A DNA stretch of 64,000 nt from Candidatus Versatilivorator sp. (GTDB taxonomy: Bacteria; Acidobacteriota; Terriglobia; Versatilivoradales; Versatilivoraceae), in assembly GCA_965207735.1 (NCBI GenBank), contig OZ242296.1, positions 4,928,001 to 4,992,000 of the forward strand, in the 5' to 3' direction. A model generated the notes under the pieces. That model saw only the letters and a program-made list of their open reading frames with translations, ran no database searches and had not been told where the DNA came from. Made by a program: the position numbers and the translations under genes. Of the stretch, positions 54,622-64,000 are shown one piece after another. Positions within the stretch are counted from its first letter, which is position 1; the number at the start of each line of letters is the position of its first letter.

Positions 54622-57120
54622 ATGCCACGACTGATCTTGCTCGGTGGTTTTTTTCTGTTGGCGATTTACGCCTTCTCGGCACGACAGGGACAGGTGGAAA
54701 TCTTCGAGATCGGCAAGCACAACGTAGACCTCTTGCCGGGCGGCAAGGAAGCCGACGGTATCGTCGGCGACTTCGTGATGCGGAACGACCGGATTCAGCT
54801 TCTGGTGGCGGGCAACCTGCCGCTGAGAAGGCCCAACATGACGGTGGAGAAAGACTTCGAGACTCCCGGTTGCCTCTATGACCTCGACCTGGCGGGAGAG
54901 AACAACGACCAATTGACGGTTCTGCGGCCCGGCCAGTTGGGGGGGGCGCTGTCCTCAGTTCAGATCAGCAATCCCGGCAGAAGCGGGATTGCCCGTCTGG
55001 AAGCGGCGAGGACGGCCGCCAAGGGGGAAGGGCTCTCCATCAGGCACGAGTACGAGTTGGCGGCAGGCCAACCCTATGTCAAGATCACCTCCACCTATCG
55101 CAACCAATTCGGCCCGCCCAAGACCATCGAACCGCGAGCCGCCTGGAAAGAGTTTTCCCAGCGCTGGACCGTCGGCGCCATCCAGGTGGGAGACAGCATC
55201 GACCCCTTCGACAAACGCGCCTATGCCTGGGCCGCCCTTCAGACTGAGGGCCGCAGGAATCGGTCACCCCGCCTGCTCGCCTCGCCCCTGCCGAAGAAGG
55301 TCGAGCTCTCGCCGGGTGAGGAGCGGCGGTTTGCCATTGCCGTAACCGTGGCCGCGTCTCCCCTGGAGGCTTACGGAATCCTGGCGAGCCTGGGAAGGAA
55401 GGCGGGACAGGTTGGCGGGAGGGCCGCTGACCAGGGTGGAACTCCGGCGGAACACGCGCAAGTCCTGGTGGAAATTCAAGGTAAGAAGTTGCCTGCCTAT
55501 CCCGATGCACAAGGCAACTTCCAGTTTCAGTTGCCGGTGGGAAAGTATGACGCTCAAGTCGTCGATATCGGCCGGGAAGAAACGTCCGCTACCCTCCAGG
55601 GCTTTTCCGTGGCGGCCGGACGAACCGTCCGACTGGATTTCAAGCTGCCGCCGGCCTCCAGGGTCGAGTTCGACATCCGGGACCAGGCGGGCAAGCCTTC
55701 GCCGTGCAAGGTTCAGTTCATCGGCCGCGACGGCACCTCCACACCCGACCTGGGCAGTCGCTACCGGGCTCACGGCTGCGACCACCAGTATCACTCCCAC
55801 AACGGCCGCTTTACCCAGCAACTCCCCCCGGGGACCTATCTGGCAAGAATTACACGGGGGCCCGAGTTCGACATGTTGGAGAAGACGGTCGAAGTCCAGC
55901 CCGGCCAGTCAGTCAAGGTCAGCGGGTCGCTGAAGCGCACCGTGGATACCCGGGGCTGGATCAGCACCGACTACCACGCCCATTCCACTCCGAGCGGCGA
56001 CAACTACTGCAACACCGACGATCGCATCATCAACCTGGTGGCCGAGCACATCGAGTTCGCTCCGGCGACCGAACACAACCGCATTTATGACTGGCAACCT
56101 CACATCGAGCGCCTCGGCTTGACACAACACATCAAGACCATCGTCGGGCTGGAGCATACCGGCAGCGGGCAACACTTCAACGCATTCCCGCTCCGCAGCT
56201 TTCCTTACCTGCAGGATGGAGGGACCCCGCCCTGGCAGTACGATCCACGGCTGAATGCCATTGTGCTGCGCAATGCCTTTGGGGGCGGCGCCGACCGCTG
56301 GGTTCAAATCAACCATCCCGGAGTCGGGCTCGTTTTCAACGACCGCAACCAGGACCAGGTTGCCGACGGGGGCTTTGCAGGATTCGAGGATCTGATCGAT
56401 GCCGGAGAATTCTGGAGCGACCAGATTCTGAATCCCGATCCCTTTGTGATCAGCGAGCGCGGGGGCCGAACCCGAAAAGGGGAGAACCGAATCTTTGGAT
56501 GGCTGCAACTTCTCAACCAGGGACGCAATGTCTGGTGCGTGGCCGTCAGTGACGCCCACGGGGTTTTCTCCAGTCCGGCCGGCGATTGGCGGACCTACGT
56601 TCCCAGCTCAACCGACCAGCCCGCCGGCATCGATCACCGGGAAATCATCCGCAACTCCAAAGCCGGCCGCATGATGATCTCCAACGGTCCCTTTCTGCAG
56701 GTGGAGACCGCCGACGGTATGCCGATCGGTTCCCAGGTGGTGTCGGAGGGATTCATCGACCTGGAAGTCAAGGTGCAGACCGCCAATTGGCTGGAAATCG
56801 ACAGGGTTCAGGTTCTTGTCAATGGTCGCCAACACCCCGATTACAACTACACACGTTCCAAGGACCCCTCCAAATTCAAGAGGCGGCCCCTGGTTTTCGA
56901 GGAAACCATTCGGGTGAATCTGCAGGAAGATGCCCACCTCATCGTGGTGGCGACGGGAGAAAAAACGGACCTGAGCAAGGGCTGGGGGCGGGCCGGCCCC
57001 GCACCCATGCACCCGGTCGCCTACAACAACCCGATTTTTGTGGACGTGGACGGACAGGGATTCAAACCCAACGGGGACAACCTGGGTCACCCGCTGCTGG
57101 TAGCACCGCGCCGACCCTAA
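54622..57120 (+). CDS. CehA/McbA-family (PHP-like) exported metallohydrolase, 832 aa
   Basis: GAGGA RBS and signal peptide; TRGPEF, STDYHAHSTPSGD, ATEHN, QINHP, VSDAH and NPIFVDVDG motifs. Confidence 0.87.
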   Translation: MPRLILLGGFFLLAIYAFSARQGQVEIFEIGKHNVDLLPGGKEADGIVGDFVMRNDRIQLLVAGNLPLRRPNMTVEKDFETPGCLYDLDLAGENNDQLTVLRPGQLGGALSSVQISNPGRSGIARLEAARTAAKGEGLSIRHEYELAAGQPYVKITSTYRNQFGPPKTIEPRAAWKEFSQRWTVGAIQVGDSIDPFDKRAYAWAALQTEGRRNRSPRLLASPLPKKVELSPGEERRFAIAVTVAASPLEAYGILASLGRKAGQVGGRAADQGGTPAEHAQVLVEIQGKKLPAYPDAQGNFQFQLPVGKYDAQVVDIGREETSATLQGFSVAAGRTVRLDFKLPPASRVEFDIRDQAGKPSPCKVQFIGRDGTSTPDLGSRYRAHGCDHQYHSHNGRFTQQLPPGTYLARITRGPEFDMLEKTVEVQPGQSVKVSGSLKRTVDTRGWISTDYHAHSTPSGDNYCNTDDRIINLVAEHIEFAPATEHNRIYDWQPHIERLGLTQHIKTIVGLEHTGSGQHFNAFPLRSFPYLQDGGTPPWQYDPRLNAIVLRNAFGGGADRWVQINHPGVGLVFNDRNQDQVADGGFAGFEDLIDAGEFWSDQILNPDPFVISERGGRTRKGENRIFGWLQLLNQGRNVWCVAVSDAHGVFSSPAGDWRTYVPSSTDQPAGIDHREIIRNSKAGRMMISNGPFLQVETADGMPIGSQVVSEGFIDLEVKVQTANWLEIDRVQVLVNGRQHPDYNYTRSKDPSKFKRRPLVFEETIRVNLQEDAHLIVVATGEKTDLSKGWGRAGPAPMHPVAYNNPIFVDVDGQGFKPNGDNLGHPLLVAPRRP

Positions 57121-57143
57121 CACCGGGTCAAGGAACTCCAGGA

Positions 57144-58931
57144 ATGATCCGCTCTCGTTTCTCCTGGAAACTCACCGCAGGTTTTCTTCTGCCGATTTTT
57201 CTCTCCACTGCAATCGTGGGCGGACTCTCCATCCGAAGCATGGAGGAGAACTCCAAGGAGGAGGTCCGTAGATCACTGGTTGCACAGGCCGCATTTCTCA
57301 GGAATGTGGCTAAAGCCCGACTCGACCAACCTCAGGAATCAGTCTTGAATCAAGAGGTTCGATCCCTCGGAGAAGAGATCAGCGCTCGGCTAACCGTAAT
57401 TGATGTGCATGGCCTCGTGCTGGCAGATTCTCAAGAGAACCCTTCCTCGCTGGACAACCTTGCCAGCCGACCCGAGATCATGGCTGTTCGCTCCCACGGC
57501 TCGGGCGTCGCGATCCGGTACAGCCATGGGCTCGGCGCTACCATCATGTATCTGGCCTTGCCCATTGAAGACAACGGCCGATTGTTGGGCTACGCCCGGG
57601 CCTCCCGGTCCCTGTCCGACATCGAACAGAGGCTGTCCCGTCTCAGGACCCTTGTCGCACTGGGGGCTTTCCTGGCGATGCTGGCCGCTGCAGTTCTGGG
57701 CCTGGCCTTGGCACACAACTTTGTCAAGCCGGTGACGGCGATGACGGCCGTTGCTGAAGGAATGGCCCGAGGCGACTACAATCGCCGGCTGCCGGCAACC
57801 CGGACCGACGAGTTGGGAGATCTGGCCCGCGCACTGAACCGGACGGCACATAGCTCTCAAAATCGAATGGAAACGATTATCACCGACCGCAACAAGTTGT
57901 TGTCATTACTGAAAGGCATGGTGGAGGGCGTGGTTGCGGTCGACCGCGATGAACGCGTTCTCCAGATGAATTCGGCTGCCGGGAAGATCCTGGGAGCCTC
58001 GCCTGAAACCAGCGTATCCAAGCCCATTTGGGAAGTGACGCGGGTTCGTCAGGTCTGCGACACCCTGAGCCGTACCTTGAAAAGCGGGAGGGATGTGAGG
58101 GACGAACTGCGGCTGGCAACACGATCCCAAGATCAGGTTGTAGAAATGTTGGCGTCGCCGCTGTTGGATGGCGAAGGAGAATTGGTGGGAGCTGTGGTGG
58201 TTCTCCACGATGTTTCCGATTTGAATCGCCTGCAAACCATTCGTCGGGACTTCGTCGCCAATGCGTCCCACGAACTCAAGACGCCGATCGCGGCCATCCG
58301 GGCCTTGGTCGAGACGCTGATCGATGACCAGTCCATGCGTTCCTCCAATCGGGCGCATTTTCTGTCCAGAATCCGGAACCAATCGATCCGTCTTTCGTCG
58401 TTGGTGACCGACCTTTTGACGCTTTCTCGTCTGGAATCCTCCCCCGGCGATCCGGAGTTGCGCCCGATCGATCTGCGCGAGCCATTCAGGGCCGCGGTAC
58501 AGGCTCTGCGACCCACCGGCGAGGAGCGAGGAATCGTCGTCCATTCCGAGGTTTCCAAGAGTCCCGTACGGATCTTGGGTGATCCCGAGGCGCTGGTACA
58601 GTTGACCACCAACCTGCTTGACAACGCCATCAAGTACACCAATCGGGGAGGGCAAGTATGGGTTCGCCTCAAGACCGAGAACGGGGAGGCCCTCATTGAA
58701 GTGCAAGATACGGGAATGGGCATTGCACCTCAAGATCAAGTCCGGGTCTTTGAACGATTCTATCGAGTGGACAAAGCCCGCTCCAGAGAGTTGGGCGGTA
58801 CGGGCCTGGGGCTTTCGATCGTCAAGCACATTGCCGTGATTCATCAGGGTCAGGTCCTGGTCGAAAGTTCGCCCGGAATCGGCAGTACCTTCCGTGCTTC
58901 CTTTCCGGTTCACAAGGACACCACCTCGTAA
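57144..58931 (+). CDS. phoR: PhoR-type sensor histidine kinase (TM-HAMP-PAS-HisKA-HATPase)
   Basis: RRDFVANASHELKTP, NLLDNAIKYT and FERFYRVDKARSRELGGTGLGLSIVKH; directly upstream of pstS. Confidence 0.92.
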   Translation: MIRSRFSWKLTAGFLLPIFLSTAIVGGLSIRSMEENSKEEVRRSLVAQAAFLRNVAKARLDQPQESVLNQEVRSLGEEISARLTVIDVHGLVLADSQENPSSLDNLASRPEIMAVRSHGSGVAIRYSHGLGATIMYLALPIEDNGRLLGYARASRSLSDIEQRLSRLRTLVALGAFLAMLAAAVLGLALAHNFVKPVTAMTAVAEGMARGDYNRRLPATRTDELGDLARALNRTAHSSQNRMETIITDRNKLLSLLKGMVEGVVAVDRDERVLQMNSAAGKILGASPETSVSKPIWEVTRVRQVCDTLSRTLKSGRDVRDELRLATRSQDQVVEMLASPLLDGEGELVGAVVVLHDVSDLNRLQTIRRDFVANASHELKTPIAAIRALVETLIDDQSMRSSNRAHFLSRIRNQSIRLSSLVTDLLTLSRLESSPGDPELRPIDLREPFRAAVQALRPTGEERGIVVHSEVSKSPVRILGDPEALVQLTTNLLDNAIKYTNRGGQVWVRLKTENGEALIEVQDTGMGIAPQDQVRVFERFYRVDKARSRELGGTGLGLSIVKHIAVIHQGQVLVESSPGIGSTFRASFPVHKDTTS

Positions 58932-58978
58932 GTCTCTCCTCGCAGAAAAATACCCCGATTCCAGTCAAAATGTCGTCT

Positions 58979-58996
58979 CTTTATTCGATCTTTACA
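58979..58996 (+). promoter_or_regulatory. Candidate Pho box upstream of pstS
   Basis: CTTTATT-CGAT-CTTTACA with an 11-bp period, like the repeats at 48692-48735. Confidence 0.5.
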
Positions 58997-59035
58997 AGAG
59001 GCTGGTAGAGGTCTAGCTGCACAAAGGAGGGACTA

Positions 59036-60037
59036 ATGAAGCGGATGAATATGAAGGGTTTCCTGGTGGCGATTGCAGTTGTGTACGCACCGTTTTTCCT
59101 GATCGGCTGCAGCGGTAGCGGAGGAAACAGGCCAAACACCGTGAGAGTAGACGGTTCCAGCACTGTCTTCCCGATTACCGAAGCCGTGGCCGAGGAGTTT
59201 CAAAAGCGATTCCCCGACATCCGGGTTACCGTCGGGATTTCGGGCACCGGTGGAGGCTTCAAGAAATTCAGCGTCGGTGAAACGGACTTGAATGACGCTT
59301 CACGGCCAATCAAGTCCCAGGAAATTTCAATGGCCTCCGAGAACGGGATCGAATTCATTGAACTCCCGGTTGCTTTTGACGGGATATCGGTCCTGGTCAA
59401 TCCAGGCAATGAATTCGTTGATTCCTTGACCGTCGAGGAGCTTCGGAAGATTTGGCAACCGGGGAGCACGGTGATGAAGTGGAGTGATATCCGGGCCAAC
59501 TGGGAAGACCGTGCCCTGAACCTCTATGGACCGGGAACCGACTCCGGAACCTTCGACTACTTTACGGAAGCCGTTAACGGCAAGTCTCAGGCCTGTCGCG
59601 CCGACTTTACCGCCAGCGAGGACGACAACGTGCTGGTGCAAGGAATTGCCGGGGACCCAAACGCCTTGGGTTTCTTTGGCTACGCCTACTACGGGGAGAA
59701 TCGCTCCCGACTGAAGGCGGTGCCGATCGATGCCGGCAAGGGACCTGTTGCGCCGTCAGTGCAGACCATCAACGACGGAAGCTACGAACCCCTATCAAGG
59801 CCGATATTCATCTATGTCACCAGGAAGGCCTCCGAGCGGCCAGAAGTCTCCGCTTTCGTCAAATTCTATCTTGAGAATGCCCCCCAACTGGTGACGGAGG
59901 TCGGCTATGTGCCATTGCCGGATCGCGTCTATCAACTGGCGCTCGAGAGATTCGAGAAACGAGCCACGGGCTCGGTTTTCGCCTCGGGACACATGGTTGG
60001 CATGAGTCTTGAAGATCTGCTCAGCGCCGAAGAATAG
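59036..60037 (+). CDS. pstS: Phosphate ABC transporter substrate-binding lipoprotein
   Basis: Lipobox LIGC; [26 protein letters not shown] and SEDDNVLV motifs; AAGGAGG RBS. Confidence 0.96.
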   Translation: MKRMNMKGFLVAIAVVYAPFFLIGCSGSGGNRPNTVRVDGSSTVFPITEAVAEEFQKRFPDIRVTVGISGTGGGFKKFSVGETDLNDASRPIKSQEISMASENGIEFIELPVAFDGISVLVNPGNEFVDSLTVEELRKIWQPGSTVMKWSDIRANWEDRALNLYGPGTDSGTFDYFTEAVNGKSQACRADFTASEDDNVLVQGIAGDPNALGFFGYAYYGENRSRLKAVPIDAGKGPVAPSVQTINDGSYEPLSRPIFIYVTRKASERPEVSAFVKFYLENAPQLVTEVGYVPLPDRVYQLALERFEKRATGSVFASGHMVGMSLEDLLSAEE

Positions 60038-60046
60038 GAAGAGACC

Positions 60047-60976
60047 TTGCCGCAGGCCTCAACGGCTAAATCACTGCAAGCGGGCGCAAGCACCAGGAAG
60101 TACCGGACAAGGGAAGAGTTGATCCGATTCGTTCTTTTCCTTTGCGCTTTCCTGTCCGTCCTGACCACGCTGTCCATCATCGCCATCCTGGCGTGGGAGG
60201 CCTACTCCTTTTTTCGGGAGGTAGGTGTCTTCGATTTCCTCGCGGGAACTCGATGGACGCCCCTTCTGGAACCCCGATCGTTCGGTGTGCTTCCTCTGGT
60301 CGCGGGCACCCTGCAGATTGTCGTGGGAGCTTCTCTGATCGCAATACCAGTGGGACTGGCCAGCGCCATTTATCTGGCAGAGTTCGCCTCAACTCAGGTC
60401 AGGAGGGTGCTGAAGCCGGTTCTGGAAATCCTGGCCGGAATTCCCACTGTCGTCTATGGCTATTTTGCACTCACCTTCGTGACTCCCCTGATTGCCGGCA
60501 TTTTCCCCAGCACGCAGATTTTCAACGCCGCCAGCGCATCCATCGTGGTCGGCATCATGGTGCTGCCCATGACGGCTTCGCTGTGTGACGATGCGCTGCG
60601 CGCAGTCCCGGAGTCTCTGCGTCAGGGAGCTTTTGCCCTGGGCGCCACCCAGTTTGAAGTGACCTTGCGAGTAGTCTTGCCGGCGGCTCTTTCGGGAGTC
60701 ATGGCATCCTTCGTATTGGCCGCTTCCCGCGCCATTGGAGAAACGATGGCGGTGACGCTGGCTGCAGGAGCGACGCCAAGAATGACGCTGGACCCGCTTC
60801 AAAGCATTCAGACCATGACGGCTTATATTGTCCAGGTGAGCCTCGGCGACACGCCCGTGGGCACGGTTGAATATCAGACGATCTTTGCCGTGGCTGCCCT
60901 GCTGTTCACCATCACCTTGGGCATGAACATCATCGCCCAAAGAGTGCTGGCAAGATTCCGCGAGGTCTACGAATGA
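60047..60976 (+). CDS. pstC: Phosphate ABC transporter permease PstC
   Basis: [12 protein letters not shown] and [10 protein letters not shown] motifs. Confidence 0.95.
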   Translation: MPQASTAKSLQAGASTRKYRTREELIRFVLFLCAFLSVLTTLSIIAILAWEAYSFFREVGVFDFLAGTRWTPLLEPRSFGVLPLVAGTLQIVVGASLIAIPVGLASAIYLAEFASTQVRRVLKPVLEILAGIPTVVYGYFALTFVTPLIAGIFPSTQIFNAASASIVVGIMVLPMTASLCDDALRAVPESLRQGAFALGATQFEVTLRVVLPAALSGVMASFVLAASRAIGETMAVTLAAGATPRMTLDPLQSIQTMTAYIVQVSLGDTPVGTVEYQTIFAVAALLFTITLGMNIIAQRVLARFREVYE

Positions 60977-61833
60977 AATCGGATCGCCTCCGGCGCCGGC
61001 ACGCCACCGCCAAGATTTTTCGCCTTCTCTGCGCCGCCGTGGCATGGGCTGGGGTCGTCATCCTGGCGGTGTTGCTCTTCCACGTCACTCGTGAGGGAAT
61101 CCGTTGGCTCGACTTTCAATTTCTCACGGAGTTCCCCTCTCGGTTTCCAGAGCAGGCAGGCATCAAATCGGCGCTTTGGGGAACGGTCTGGCTGATTACA
61201 CTCACGGCCGCAATTTCCATTCCCGTGGGGGTTGCGGCAGCCATTTATCTGGAGGAATTTTCCCCGAAGAATCGCCTGTCACAGTTGATTGAGGTCAACA
61301 TTGGAAATTTGGCAGGGGTGCCCTCCATTGTCTATGGAATTCTGGGGCTGGTTCTCTTTGTGCGATTCCTGGCCCTGGGACGAAGCGTTCTGGCAGGAAG
61401 CCTGACCATGACACTGCTGATTCTTCCCGTCATCATCATCGCCGCGCGAGAGGCACTCCGCGCCGTGCCGGATTCCATTCGTCAAGCTGCTTTTGCGCTG
61501 GGCGCGACTCGTTGGCAGGCGGTGAGGGCGCAAGTCCTGCCCGTGGCGCTGCCGGGCATTCTGACCGGTGTGATCCTGGCATTGTCGCGGGCAATCGGTG
61601 AGACGGCGCCGTTGGTGATGATCGGCGCCTTGACCTATGTCGCCTTCGTTCCGGAAGGGCCGATGGATGCCTTTACGGCTCTGCCCATCCAGATCTTCAA
61701 TTGGGCCTCCCGTCCCCAGGAAGACTTTCATCAGTTGGCTGCAGCCGGAATCATCGTACTCCTGGTGACACTGCTGCTGATGAATGCCACCGCGGTCTGG
61801 ATTCGACAACGTGCCGAGAGGACAGGTCGATGA
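60973..61833 (+). CDS. pstA: Phosphate ABC transporter permease PstA
   Basis: [11 protein letters not shown] and SRAIGETAP motifs; ATGA overlap with pstC. Confidence 0.95.
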   Translation: MKSDRLRRRHATAKIFRLLCAAVAWAGVVILAVLLFHVTREGIRWLDFQFLTEFPSRFPEQAGIKSALWGTVWLITLTAAISIPVGVAAAIYLEEFSPKNRLSQLIEVNIGNLAGVPSIVYGILGLVLFVRFLALGRSVLAGSLTMTLLILPVIIIAAREALRAVPDSIRQAAFALGATRWQAVRAQVLPVALPGILTGVILALSRAIGETAPLVMIGALTYVAFVPEGPMDAFTALPIQIFNWASRPQEDFHQLAAAGIIVLLVTLLLMNATAVWIRQRAERTGR

Positions 61834-62627
61834 ATTCCCCGACGAAAACCGATGCTCAAGTGTCATCCGCGGAACAGCCCCGGTCGGTCCTGGAGGTTGC
61901 CGACCTGACGATACGCTATGGGACTAAACCCGCTATCCATGAAGTCTCTCTCTCCATTCCTCAACATCGGATTACCGCGATCATCGGACCTTCAGGTTGT
62001 GGCAAGAGCACTTTGCTGAGGGCCTTCAACCGGATGAACGACTTCATTCCCAACGTGGGCATGGAGGGGCGAGTCCTCTACATGGGTTCGGACATTTATG
62101 CACGTGACGTCGATCCGGTAGAGGTTCGGCGCCGCATCGGAATGGTTTTTCAAAAGCCGAACCCCTTCCCCAAATCGATTCTTCAGAATGTTGCCTGGGG
62201 CCCTTCCATCAACGGATTTACCGGCAATCTGGAGACTCGTGTCGAACAGTCCCTTCGCCGCGCCGCCCTGTGGGAAGAAGTCAGCGACCGGTTACACGAG
62301 TCGGCTCTGGCACTGTCCGGAGGCCAGCAGCAAAGACTCTGCATCGCCCGGGCCCTGGCCATGGAACCGGACGTCATCCTGATGGACGAACCCTGCTCGG
62401 CGCTCGACCCTGTTTCGACGGCCCGCATCGAAGATCTGATGTTCGAGCTCAAGGAACGATACACGATCGTTATTGTCACCCATAACATGCAACAAGCGGC
62501 TCGGGTTTCGAACCTGACCGCCTTTTTGGAGAATGGCAGCCTGGTCGAGTTTGGGGAAACCGACCAGGTCTTTACAAGACCCCGGAATAAAAGAACGGAA
62601 GACTATGTGACGGGGCGCTTCGGGTAA
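61830..62627 (+). CDS. pstB: Phosphate ABC transporter ATPase PstB
   Basis: [40 protein letters not shown] and YVTGRFG motifs; ATGA overlap with pstA. Confidence 0.96.
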   Translation: MNSPTKTDAQVSSAEQPRSVLEVADLTIRYGTKPAIHEVSLSIPQHRITAIIGPSGCGKSTLLRAFNRMNDFIPNVGMEGRVLYMGSDIYARDVDPVEVRRRIGMVFQKPNPFPKSILQNVAWGPSINGFTGNLETRVEQSLRRAALWEEVSDRLHESALALSGGQQQRLCIARALAMEPDVILMDEPCSALDPVSTARIEDLMFELKERYTIVIVTHNMQQAARVSNLTAFLENGSLVEFGETDQVFTRPRNKRTEDYVTGRFG

Positions 62628-62729
62628 ATTTCTTGCGGAATTCGGACATTCCATGATCCACCCGGAACACCATTTTCGAGCATGCTATCCCGCTCGAAGC
62701 CGAAAGCCCCCATCCACGGGAGGACTGCT

Positions 62730-63416
62730 ATGTCCATCCACCTGCAAAAGGACCTGGAACACCTGAACAAGGAACTGTTGATCTTGTCCTCCATGGTCGA
62801 GGATGCAACCAACAAGGCGATTCTGTCCCTGGTCGATCGACGGTTGGATCTGGCCCGCCAGGTGATGCGCGAAGACGACCGGATCAACTCCCGGGAAGTC
62901 CTGATCGAAGAAGAATGTCTCAAGATGTTAGCCCTGCATCAACCGGTGGCGGCAGACCTGCGTTTCATCGTCGCGGTTCTGAAGGTGAACAACGACCTGG
63001 AGCGAATGGGAGACCTGGCCGTCAATATCGCCGAACGCGCAGCCCATCTGGCCACCCGGGAGCCACTGCAGGTTTCTCTCGATTTCCCCAAGATGGCTGA
63101 GGGTGTGCGGGAAATGGTGAGTGAGAGCCTGGATTCCTTGACCAACATGAATCCGCGACTGGCCCGGCACGTCTTGACCATGGATGACGAGATTGACGAA
63201 GCCAACCGCGGAATGTTCGACATCTTGCAGGACCTCATGCACCGGGACCCGTCGACGATAGAGCGAGCGGTCCATCTGCTATCCGCCTCTCGTCACCTGG
63301 AGCGAATTGCCGATCTGGCCACCAACATCGCCCAGGATGTTGTCTATATCGCGGAAGGCCGCCTGATTCGCCACTTGAATGAAGGCGACATCGAGAGGCA
63401 GCAATCCAACAGCTAA
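62730..63416 (+). CDS. phoU: Phosphate signalling complex protein PhoU
   Basis: QPVAADLR, DLERMGD and LERIADLATNIA motifs; GGGAGG RBS. Confidence 0.95.
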   Translation: MSIHLQKDLEHLNKELLILSSMVEDATNKAILSLVDRRLDLARQVMREDDRINSREVLIEEECLKMLALHQPVAADLRFIVAVLKVNNDLERMGDLAVNIAERAAHLATREPLQVSLDFPKMAEGVREMVSESLDSLTNMNPRLARHVLTMDDEIDEANRGMFDILQDLMHRDPSTIERAVHLLSASRHLERIADLATNIAQDVVYIAEGRLIRHLNEGDIERQQSNS

Positions 63417-63434
63417 TGAAGGGGACCAATCGTA

Positions 63435-64000
63435 ATGAGGCTCTTATGGAAAATGAGATCGATTGCCGGCAGGACGCTTCCGACCCTTGCTTGGTGCGTT
63501 GTGACCGGTTCGGCTGCCGACAAGGAGGTTCAGGTTGAATGGAAGGACGGGGTGCGCCTGGAGACCAGGGACAAGAGGGTCCGGCTGAAGTTCGGTGGCA
63601 GAATTCACTATGACTGGGCCACCATGTCTCAGGATTCAGGTATTCGGCAAAGTCTCGGTTCTCTTCAGGACGGGACCGAGCCCCGTAGAGCGAGAATCTA
63701 CTTCTCCGGCGTTCTTCATGAACAGGTGGAGTTCAAGGTTCAGTACGACTTCGCCGGCGGCACCACCAAGCTCAAGGATGTCTACCTGGGCCTGACCGGA
63801 ATCCCCTACCTGGGAAAGATCCGGGTGGGACACATGAAGGAGCCTTTCAGTCTGGAGGAGATGACCAGCAGCAACAATGTCACCTTCCTGGAGCGTGCCT
63901 TGCCCAACGCCTTCGCTCCTTCTCGGAACGCAGGTGTGCTGATTTCGAACCATGCCAAGGAAAGGGTAAGCTGGGGTGCGGGTGTCTTTCTCGACACCAA
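63435..64000 (+). CDS. OprO/OprP-family phosphate-selective porin, 5' part (runs off the window)
   Basis: Manual translation gives KFGGRIHYD...GTEPRRARIYFSG...QYDFAGG...KDVY...GHMKEPFSLEEMTSSNNVTFLER. Absent from the ORF track because it has no stop in the window. Confidence 0.88.
   Translation, partial: MRLLWKMRSIAGRTLPTLAWCVVTGSAADKEVQVEWKDGVRLETRDKRVRLKFGGRIHYDWATMSQDSGIRQSLGSLQDGTEPRRARIYFSGVLHEQVEFKVQYDFAGGTTKLKDVYLGLTGIPYLGKIRVGHMKEPFSLEEMTSSNNVTFLERALPNAFAPSRNAGVLISNHAKERVSWGAGVFLDT

Noticed and set aside
56586-57143. N-terminal extension of PhoR, and similar extensions of sixA (43873), pstB (61701) and the 35292 and 9559 ORFs
   Set aside because: These overlap upstream genes or IS ends in another frame; downstream starts give normal domain boundaries.

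Overview
High-GC bacterial window, probably from an Acidobacteriota-like or similar environmental or host-associated organism (inferred from gene content, not proven). The left part (1-21 kb) is rich in mobile elements: two of three identical DDE IS copies (the third is at 33.9-35.4 kb), an IS1380 + IS1182 + MITE stack at one CTAG site, and a 243-bp IS1380-type MITE whose terminal inverted repeat (TIR) is interrupted by an ORF-less group II intron. It also holds a giant S8 protease, a LytS/LytTR pair, and a PIN toxin coupled to a wHTH-T5orf172-antitoxin fusion. The middle carries metabolic and envelope genes (DUF1501/PSD1 pair, SSS and AmpG-like transporters, D-TA PLP enzyme, DUF3604, NHL-repeat proteins) with clusters of small modular repeats. 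The right end (44.5-64 kb) is an extended phosphate-starvation locus: sixA-like, phoB, TonB receptor, conserved exported protein, three metallo-phosphoesterase-type enzymes, phoR, pstSCAB-phoU and an OprO/P porin, with 11-bp-period Pho-box-like repeats. I recognised no rRNA, tRNA or CRISPR array. Best novelty candidates: the intron whose EBS1 matches IS1380 TIRs, the nuclease-fused toxin-antitoxin module, and the expanded organic-phosphorus scavenging island. All family assignments come from motif recognition, not database searches.
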